From the human T2T-CHM13v2.0 reference genome, Homo sapiens, in NCBI RefSeq assembly GCF_009914755.1, contig NC_060941.1: a stretch of DNA of 64,000 nucleotides; one strand, 5' to 3'. Below the pieces are notes generated by a model. It was not told where the DNA came from, made no database searches, and worked only from the letters and a program-made list of their open reading frames with translations. Numbering within the stretch: position 1 is the stretch's first letter; the number at the start of each line of letters is the position of its first letter. Shown here in pieces: positions 54,142-64,000 of this stretch. The position numbers and the translations under genes are program-made.

Positions 54142-56518
54142 CATTCTCAGAAACTTCTTGGTGATGTTTGCATTCAAATCCCAGAGTTGAACCTTCCTTT
54201 GATAGTTCAGGTTTGAAACACTCTTTTTGTAGGATCTGCAAGTGGATATTTGGACCACTCTGTGGCCTTCGTTCGAAACGGGTACATCTTCCCATAAAAT
54301 CTAGACAGAAGCCTTCTCAGAAACTTCTCTGTGATGATTGCATTCAACTCACAGAGTTGAACCCTCCTATGGATAGAGCATAGTTGAAACTCTCTTTTTG
54401 TGGAATCTGCAAGTGGATATGTGGACCTCTCCGAAGATGTCTTTGGAAACGGGAATATCTTCACATAAAAACTAAACAGAAGCATTCTCAGAAACTTCTC
54501 TGTGATGTTTGTGTTCAACTCCCAGAGTTTCACATTGCTTTTCATAGAGTAGTTCTGAAACATGCTTTTCGTAGTGTCAGCAAGTGGACATTTGGAGCGC
54601 TTTCAGGCCTGTGGTGGAAAACGAATTATGGTCCCATAAAAACTGGAGAGAAGCATTGTCAGAAACTTCTTTGTGAAGATTGCATTCAACTCACGGAGAT
54701 GAAGGTTCCTTTACAAACAGCAGTTTCCAAACACTCTTTCTGTGGAATCTGCAAGTGGATATTTGGACCTCTTTGAAGATTTCATTGGAAACGGGAGAAT
54801 CTTCACAGAAAAGCTAAACAGAAGCATTCTCAGAAACTTCTTTGTGATGCTTGCATTCAACTCACAGAGTTGAACTTTCCTTTCGAGAGAGAAGCTTTGA
54901 AACACTCTTTTTCCAGAATCTGCAAGTGGACATTTGGAGGGCTTTGAGGCCTGTGGTGGAAAAGGAATTAACTTCCCGTAAAAGCTAGATAGAAGCATTC
55001 TCAGAAACTACTTTGTGATGATTGCATTCAAGTCACAGAGTTGAACATTCCCTTTGACAGAGCAGTTTGGAAACTCTCTTTGTGTAGAATCTGCAAGTGG
55101 AGATATGGACCGCTTTGAGGCCTATGGTAGTAAAGGAAATAGCTTCATATAAAAGCTAGACAGTAGCATTCACAGAAAACTCTTGGTGACGACTGAGTTT
55201 AACTCACAGAGCTGAACATTCCTTTGGATGGAGCAGTTTCGAAACACACTATTTGTAGAATGTGCAAGTGGATATTTGGACCTCTCTGAGGATTTCGTTG
55301 GAAACGGGATAAACCGCACAGAACTAAACAGAAGCATTCTCAGAACCTTCTTCGTGATGTTTGCATTCAACTCACAGTGTTGAACCTTTCTTTGATAGTT
55401 CAGGTTTGAAACGGTCTTTCTGTAGAAACTGCAAGTAGATATTTGGACCTCTCTGAGGATTTCGTTGGAAACGGGATAACCCGCACAGAACTAAAACAGA
55501 AGCATTCTCAGAACCCTCTTCGTGATGTTTGCATTCAACACACAGTGCTGAACCTTTCTTTGATAGTTCAGCTTTGAAACACTCTTCTTGTAGAAACTGC
55601 AAGTGGATATTTGGTCCTCTCTGAGGATTTCGTTGGAAACGGGATAAACCGCACAGAACTAAACAGAAGCATTCTCAGAACCTTCTTCGTGATGTCTGCA
55701 TTCAACTCACAGTGTGGAACCTTTCTTTGATAGTTCAGGTTTGAAACACTCTTTTTGTAGAAACTGCAAGGGGATAATTGCACTTCTTTGAGGCCTACCG
55801 TAGTAAAGGAATTAACTTCCTATAGAAAGAAGACAGAAGCTTTCTCAGAAAATTCTTTGGGATGATTGAGTGGAACTCACAGAGCTGAACATTCCTTGCG
55901 ATGTAGCAGTTTAGAAACACACTTTCTGCAGAATCTGCAAGTGCATATTTGGACCTCTCCGAGGAATTCGTTGGAAACGGGATAATTTCAGCTGACTAAA
56001 CAGAAGCAGTCTCAGAATCTTCTTTGTGATGTTTGCATTCAAATCCCAGAGTTGAACTTTCCTTTCAAAGTTCACGTTTGAAACACTCTTTTTGCAGGAT
56101 CTACAAGTGGATATTTGGACCACTCTGTGTCCTTCGTTCGAAACGGGTATATCTTCACATGACATCTAGACAGAAGCATTCTCAGAAGCTTCTCTGTGAT
56201 GACTGCATTCAACTCACGGAGTTGAACACTCCTTTTGAGAGCGCAGTTTTGAAACTCTCTTTCTGTGGCATCTGCAAGGGGACATGTAGACCTCTTTGAA
56301 GATTTCGTTGGAAACGGAATCATCTTCACATAAAAACTATACAGATACATTCTCAGGAACTTTTTGGTGATGTTTGTATTGAACTCGCAGAGTTGAACTA
56401 TCCTTTGGAAAGAGCAGCTATGAAACACTCTTTTTCTAGAATCTGCAAGTGGACGTTTGGAGGGCTTTGTGGTTTGTGGTGGAAAAGGAAATATCTTCAC
56501 CTAAATACTAGATAGAAG
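54142..56518 (+). repeat. 14-mer variant HOR (2377 bp), second copy
   Basis: Same junction at 56515-56532, 5092 bp after the first. Confidence 0.94.
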
Positions 56519-59500
56519 CATTCTCAGAAACTTCTTGGTGATGTTTGCATTCAAATCCCAGAGTTGAACCTTCCTGTGATAGTTCAGGTTTGAAACACTC
56601 TTTTTGTAGGATCTGCAAGTGGATATTTGGACCACTCTGTGGCCTTCGTTCGAAACGGGTACATCTTCACATAAAATCTAGACAGAAGCCTTCTCAGAAA
56701 CTTCTCTGTGATGATTGCATTCAACTCACAGAGTTGAACCCTCCTATGGATAGAGCATTGTTGAAACTCTCTTTTTGTGGAATCTGCAAGTGGATATGTG
56801 GACCTCTCCGAAGATGTCTTTGGAAACGGGAATATCTTCACATAAAAACTAAACAGAAGCATTCTCAGAAACTTCTCTGTGATGTTTGTGTTCAACTCCC
56901 AGAGTTTCACATTGCTTTTCATAGAGTAGTTCTGAAACATGCTTTTCGTAGTGTCTGCAAGTGGACATTTGGAGCGCTTTCAGGCCTGTGGTGGAAAACG
57001 AATTATGGTCCCATAAAAACTGGAGAGAAGCATTGTCAGAAACTTCTTTGTGACGATTGCATTCAACTCACAGAGATGAAGGTTCCTTTACAAACAGCAG
57101 TTTCCAAACACTCTTTCTGTGGAATCTGCAAGTGGATATTTGGACCTCTTTGAAGATTTCGTTGGAAACGGGAGAATCTTCACAGAAAAGCTAAACAGAA
57201 GCATTCTCAGAAACTTCTTTGTGATGCTTGCATTCAACTCACAGAGTTGAACTTTCCTTTCGAGAGAGAAGCTTTGAAACACTCTTTTTCCAGAATCTGC
57301 AAGTGGACATTTGGAGGGCTTTGAGGCCTGTGGTGGAAAAGGAATTAACTTCCCGTAAAAGCTAGATAGAAGCATTCTCAGAAACTACTTTGTGATGATT
57401 GCATTCAAGTCACAGAGTTGAACATTCCCTTTGACAGAGCAGTTTGGAAACTCTCTTTGTGTAGAATCTGCAAGTGGAGATATGGACCGCTTTGAGGCCT
57501 ATGGTAGTAAAGGAAATAGCTTCATATAAAAGCTAGACAGTAGCATTCACAGAAAACTCTTGGTGACGACTGAGTTTAACTCACAGAGCTGAACATTCCT
57601 TTGGATGGAGCAGTTTCGAAACACACTATTTGTAGAATGTGCAAGTGTATATTTGGACCTCTCTGAGGATTTCGTTGGAAACGGGATAAACCGCACAGAA
57701 CTAAACAGAAGCATTCTCAGAACCTTCTTCGTGATGTTTGCATTCAACTCACAGTGCTGAACCTTTCTTTGATAGTTCAGGTTTGAAACGGTCTTTCTGT
57801 AGAAACTGCAAGTAGATATTTGGACCTCTCTGAGGATTTCGTTGGAAACGGGATAAACCGCACAGAACTAAAACAGAAGCATTCTCAGAACCCTCTTCGT
57901 GGTGTTTGCATTCAACTCACAGTGCTGAACCTCTCTTTGATAGTTCAGCTTTGAAACACTCTTCTTGTAGAAACTGCAAGTGGATATTTGGTCCTCTCTG
58001 AGGATTTCCTTGGAAAAGGGATAAACCGCACAGAACTAAACAGAAGCATTCTCAGAACCTTCTTCGTGATGTCTGCATTCAACTCACAGTGTGGAACCTT
58101 TCTTTGATAGTTCAGGTTTGAAACACTCTTTTTGTAGAAACTGCAAGGGGATAATTGCACTTCTTTGAGGCCTACCGTAGTAAAGGAAATAACTTCCTAT
58201 AGACAGAAGACAGAAGCTTTCTCAGAAAATTCTTTGGGATGATTGAGTGGAACTCACAGAGCTGAACATTCCTTGCGATGTAGCAGTTTAGAAACACACT
58301 TTCTGCAGAATCTGCAAGTGCATATTTGGACCTCTCCGAGGAATTCGTTGGAAACGGGATAATTTCAGCTGACTAAACAGAAGCAGTCTCAGAATCTTCT
58401 TTGTGATGTTTGCATTCAAATCCCAGAGTTGAACTTTCCTTTCAAAGTTCACGTTTGAAACACTCTTTTTGCAGGATCTACAAGTGGATATTTGGACCAC
58501 TCTGTGTCCTTCATTCGAAACGGGTATATCTTCACATGACATCTAGACAGAAGCATTCTCAGAAGCTTCTCTGTGATGACTGCATTCAACTCACGGAGTT
58601 GAACACTCCTTTTGAGAGCGCAGTTTTGAAACTCTCTTTCTGTGGCATCTGCAAGGGGACATGTAGACCTCTTTGAAGATTTCGTTGGAAACGGAATCAT
58701 CTTCACATAAAAACTATACAGATGCATTCTCAGGAACTTTTTGGTGATGTTTGTATTCAACTCCCAGAGTTGAACTTTCCTTTGGAAAGAGCAGCTATGA
58801 AACACTCTTTTTCTAGAATCTGCAAGTGGACGTTTGGAGGGCTTTGTGGTTTGTGGTGGAAAAGGAAATATCTTCACCTAAATACTAGATAGAAGCATTC
58901 TCAGAAACTGCTTTGTGATGATTGCATTCACCTCACAGAGTTGAACATTCCTATTGATAGAGCAGTTTGGAAACACTCTTGTTGTGGAATGTGCAAGTGG
59001 AGATTTGGAGCGCTTTGAGGCCTATGGTAGTAAAGGGAATAGCTTCATAGAAAAACTAGACAGAAGCATTCTCAGAAAATACTTTGTGATGATTGAGTTT
59101 AACTCACAGAGCTGAACATTCCTTTGGATGGAGCAGGTTTGAGACACACTTTTTGTAGAATCTGCAAGTGGATATTTGGACCTCTCTGAGGATTTCGTTG
59201 GAAACGCGATAACTGCACCTAACTAAACGGAAGCATTCTCAGAAACTTCTTGGTGATGTTTGCATTCAAATCCCAGAGTTGAACCTTCCTGTGATAGTTC
59301 AGGTTTGAAACACTCTTTTTGTAGGATCTGCAAGTGGATATTTGGACCACTCTGTGGCCTTCGTTCGAAACGGGTACATCTTCACATAAAATCTAGACAG
59401 AAGCCTTCTCAGAAACTTCTCTGTGATGATTGCATTCAACTCACAGATTTGAACCCTCCTATGGATAGAGCATTCTTGAAACTCTCTTTTTGTGGAATCT

Positions 59501-62500
59501 GCAAGTGGATATGTGGACCTCTCCGAAGATGTCTTTGGAAACGGGAATATCTTCACATAAAAACTAAACAGAAGCATTCTCAGAAACTTCTCTGTGATGT
59601 TTGTGTTCAACTCCCAGAGTTTCACATTGCTTTTCATAGAGTAGTTCTGAAACATGCTTTTCGTAGTGTCTGCAAGTGGACATTTGGAGCGCTTTCAGGA
59701 CTGTGGTGGAAAACGAATTATGGTCCCATAAAAACTGGAGAGAAGCATTGTCAGAAACTTCTTTGTGATGATTGCATTCAACTCACAGAGATGAAGGTTC
59801 CTTTACAAACAGCAGTTTCCAAACACTCTTTCTGTGGAATCTGCAAGTGGATATTTGGACCTCTTTGAAGATTTCGTTGGAAACGGGAGAATCTTCACAG
59901 AAAAGCTAAACAGAAGCATTCTCAGAAACTTCTTTGTGATGCTTGCATTCAACTCACAGAGTTGAACTTTCCTTTCGAGAGAGAAGCTTTGAAACACTCT
60001 TTTTCCAGAATCTGCAAGTGGACATTTGGAGGGCTTTGAGGCCTGTGGTGGAAAAGGAATTAACTTCCCGTAAAAGCTAGATAGAAGCATTCTCAGAAAC
60101 TACTTTGTGATGATTGCATTCAAGTCACAGAGTTGAACATTCCCTTTGACAGAGCAGTTTGGAAACTCTCTTTGTGTAGAATCTGCAAGTGGAGATATGG
60201 ACCGCTTTGAGGCCTATGGTAGTAAAGGAAATAGCTTCATATAAAAGCTAGACATTAGCATTCACAGAAAACTCTTGGTGACGACTGAGTTTAACTCACA
60301 GAGCTGAACATTCCTTTGGATGGAGCAGTTTCGAAACACACTATTTGTAGAATGTGCAAGTGGATATTTGGGCCTCTCTGAGGATTTCGTTGGAAACGGG
60401 ATAAACCGCACAGAACTAAACAGAAGCATTCTCAGAACCTTCTTCGTGATGTTTGCATTCAACTCACAGTGTTGAACCTTTCTTTCATAGTTCAGGTTTG
60501 AAACGGTCTTTCTGTAGAAACTGCAAGTAGATATTTGGACCTCTCTGAGGATTTCGTTGGAAACGGGATAAACCGCACAGAACTAAAACAGAAGCATTCT
60601 CAGAACCCTCTTCGTGATGTTTGCATTCAACTCACAGTGCTGAACCTTTCTTTGATAGTTCAGCTTTGAAACACTCTTCTTGTAGAAACTGCAAGTGGAT
60701 ATTTGGTCCTCTCTGAGGATTTCGTTGGAAACGGGATAAACCGCACAGAACTAAACAGAAGCATTCTCAGAACCTTCTTCGTGATGTCTGCATTCAACTC
60801 ACAGTGTGGAACCTTTCTTTGATAGTTCAGGTTTGAAACACTCTTTTTGTAGAAACTGCAAGGGGATAATTGCACTTCTTTGAGGCCTACCGTAGTAAAG
60901 GAAATAACTTCCTATAGAAAGAAGACAGAAGCTTTCTCAGAAAATTCTTTGGGATGATTGAGTGGAACTCACAGAGCTGAACATTCCTTGCGATGTAGCA
61001 GTTTAGAAACACACTTTCTGCAGAATCTGCAAGTGCATATTTGGACCTCTCTGAGGAATTCGTTGGAAACGGGATAATTTCAGCTGACTAAACAGAAGCA
61101 GTCTCAGAATCTTCTTTGTGATGTTTGCATTCAAATCCCAGAGTTGAACTTTCCTTTCAAAGTTCACGTTTGAAACACTCTTTTTGCAGGATCTACAAGT
61201 GGATATTTGGACCACTCTGTGTCCTTCGTTCGAAACGGGTATATCTTCACATGACATCTAGACAGAAGCATTCTCAGAAGCTTCTCTGTGATGACTGCAT
61301 TCAACTCACGGAGTTGAACACTCCTTTTGAGAGCGCAGTTTTGAAACTCTCTTTCTGTGGCATCTGCAAGGGGACATGTAGACCTCTTTGAAGATTTCGT
61401 TGGAAACGGAATCATCTTCACATAAAAACTATACAGATGCATTCTCAGGAACTTTTTGGTGATGTTTGTATTCAACTCCCAGAGTTGAACTTTCCTTTGG
61501 AAAGAGCAGCTATGAAACACTCTTTTTCTAGAATCTGCAAGTGGACGTTTGGAGGGCTTTGTGGTTTGTGGTGGAAAAGGAAATATCTTCACCTAAATAC
61601 TAGATAGAAGCATTCTCAGAAACTGCTTTGTGATGATTGCATTCACCTCACAGAGTTGAACATTCCTATTGATAGAGCAGTTTGGAAACACTCTTGTTGT
61701 GGAATGTGCAAGTGGAGATTTGGAGCGCTTTGAGGCCTATGGTAGTAAAGGGAATAGCTTCATAGAAAAACTAGACAGAAGCATTCTCAGAAAATACTTT
61801 GTGATGATTGAGTTTAACTCACAGAGCTGAACATTCCTTTGGATGGAGCAGGTTTGAGACACACTTTTTGTAGAATCTACAAGTGGATATTTGGACCTCT
61901 CTGAGGATTTCGTTGGAAACGCGATAACTGCACCTAACTAAACGGAAGCATTCTCAGAAACTTATTGGTGATGTTTGCATTCAAATCCCAGAGTTGAACC
62001 TTCCTGTGATAGTTCAGGTTTGAAACACTCATTTTGTAGGATCTGCAAGTGGATATTTGGACCACTCTGTGGCCTTCGTTCGAAACGGGTACATCTTCAC
62101 ATAAAATCTAGACAGAAGCCTTCTCAGAAACTTCTCTGTGATGATTGCATTCAACTCACAGATTTGAACCCTCCTATGGATAGAGCATTGTTGAAACTCT
62201 CTTTTTGTGGAATCTGCAAGTGGATATGTGGACCTCTCCGAAGATGTCTTTGGAAACGGGAATATCTTCACATAAAAACTAAACAGAAGCATTCTCAGAA
62301 ACTTCTCTGTGATGTTTGTGTTCAACTCCCAGAATTTCACATTGCTTTTCATAGAGTAGTTCTGAAACATGCTTTTCGTAGTGTCTGCAAGTGGACATTT
62401 GGAGCGCTTTCAAGCCTGTGGTGGAAAACGAATTATGGTCCCATAAAAACTGGAGAGAAGCATTGTCAGAAACTTCTTTGTGATGATTGCATTCAACTCA

Positions 62501-64000
62501 CAGAGATGAAGGTTCCTTTACAAACAGCAGTTTCCAAACACTCTTTCTGTGGAATCTGCAAGTGGATATTTGGACCTCTTTGAAGATTTCGTTGGAAACG
62601 GGAGAATCTTCACAGAAAATCTAAACAGAAGCATTCTCAGAAACTTCTTTGTGATGCTTGCATTCAACTCACAGAGTTGAACTTTCCTTTCGAGAGAGAA
62701 GCTTTGAAACACTCTTTTTCCAGAATCTGCAAGTGGACATTTGGAGGGCTTTGAGGCCTGTGGTGGAAAAGGAATTAACTTCCCGTAAAAGCTAGATAGA
62801 AGCATTCTCAGAAACTACTTTGTGATGATTGCATTCAAGTCACAGAGTTGAACATTCCCTTTGACAGAGCAGTTTGGAAACTCTCTTTGTGTAGAATCTG
62901 CAAGTGGAGATATGGACCGCTTTGAGGCCTATGGTAGTAAAGGAAATAGCTTCATATAAAAGCTAGACAGTAGCATTCACAGAAAACTCTTGGTGACGAC
63001 TGAGTTTAACTCACAGAGCTGAACATTCCTTTGGATGGAGCAGTTTCGAAACACACTATTTGTAGAATGTGCAAGTGGATATTTGGGCCTCTCTGAGGAT
63101 TTCGTTGGAAACGGGATAAACCGCACAGAACTAAACAGAAGCATTCTCAGAACCTTCTTCGTGATGTTTGCATTCAACTCACAGTGTTGAACCTTTCTTT
63201 GATAGTTCAGGTTTGAAACGGTCTTTCTGTAGAAACTGCAAGTAGATATTTGGACCTCTCTGAGGATTTCGTTGGAAACGGGATAAACCGCACAGAACTA
63301 AAACAGAAGCATTCTCAGAACCCTCTTCGTGATGTTTGCATTCAACTCACAGTGCTGAACCTTTCTTTGATAGTTCAGCTTTGAAACACTCTTCTTGTAG
63401 AAACTGCAAGTGGATATTTGGTCCTCTCTGAGGATTTCGTTGGAAACGGGATAAACCGCACAGAACTAAACAGAAGCATTCTCAGAACCTTCTTCGTGAT
63501 GTCTGCATTCAACTCACAGTGTGGAACCTTTCTTTGATAGTTCAGGTTTGAAACACTCTTTTTGTAGAAACTGCAAGGGGATAATTGCACTTCTTTGAGG
63601 CCTACCGTAGTAAAGGAAATAACTTCCTATAGAAAGAAGACAGAAGCTTTCTCAGAAAATTCTTTGGGATGATTGAGTGGAACTCACAGAGCTGAACATT
63701 CCTTGCGATGTAGCAGTTTAGAAACACACTTTCTGCAGAATCTGCAAGTGCATATTTGGACCTCTCTGAGGAATTCGTTGGAAACGGGATAATTTCAGCT
63801 GACTAAACAGAAGCAGTCTCAGAATCTTCTTTGTGATGTTTGCATTCAAATCCCAGAGTTGAACTTTCCTTTCAAAGTTCACGTTTGAAACACTCTTTTT
63901 GCAGGATCTACAAGTGGATATTTGGACCACTCTGTGTCCTTCGTTCGAAACGGGTATATCTTCACACGACATCTAGACAGAAGCATCCTCAGAAGCTTCT

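Larger units (their letters stand above)
1..64000 (+). repeat. D17Z1: Centromeric alpha-satellite higher-order repeat array, suprachromosomal family 3, most likely human chr17 D17Z1 (16-mer, ~2.7 kb)
   Basis: Monomers of 167-171 bp begin with CATTCTCAGAAAC-like sequence and carry TTCGTTGGAAACGGG boxes throughout. The HOR period is 2712-2715 bp (anchors 529, 3244, 5959, 8671, 11386, 14098, 16813, 19527, 22242, 24956, 27671, 30383, 32929, 35644, 38359, 40906, 43621, 46336, 49050, 51427, 54142, 56519, 59234, 61949). There is one GAATTC per unit (2351, 5066, ...). A 2.7-kb EcoRI 16-mer with 15-mer and 14-mer variants is the published D17Z1 signature. Alpha-satellite identity is near certain; the chromosome assignment is from memory. 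Confidence 0.95.

Noticed and set aside
1-64000. CRISPR-like or other novel repeat-spacer system
   Set aside because: There are no unique spacers: sequence between conserved motifs is itself homologous monomer sequence recurring each HOR. No associated genes are present.
1-64000. Alu/L1 insertion, inversion or non-satellite island
   Set aside because: All unit lengths are explained by whole-monomer losses and 1-bp indels. There are no poly-A tails or foreign sequence, and orientation is constant.

Overview
The whole 64-kb window is one uninterrupted, head-to-tail primate alpha-satellite array of ~171-bp monomers. It contains no credible genes, RNA genes, CRISPR arrays, transposon insertions or inversions. 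The monomers form a 16-monomer higher-order repeat (HOR) of 2712-2715 bp with one EcoRI site per unit and a pentamer-derived order of CENP-B-box-type and A-type monomers. That organisation matches suprachromosomal family 3, and specifically the human chromosome 17 centromeric array D17Z1; this assignment is from recognition, not a database search. Between 24 anchor points there are 23 complete units: 19 16-mers, two 15-mers (2546 and 2547 bp, different breakpoints) and two 14-mers (2377 bp, identical junction). No 13-mer is present. All ORFs in the track are by-products of the repeat. The second-look signal is array evolution: tandem duplications of two-HOR blocks (5427, 5429 and 5092 bp periods), a divergent HOR haplotype and its recombinant mosaics, local haplotype blocks, long-range shared variant tracts, and gains and losses of CENP-B boxes. 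I found no evidence for a previously undescribed gene system. Variant comparisons were made by eye and need confirming by alignment.
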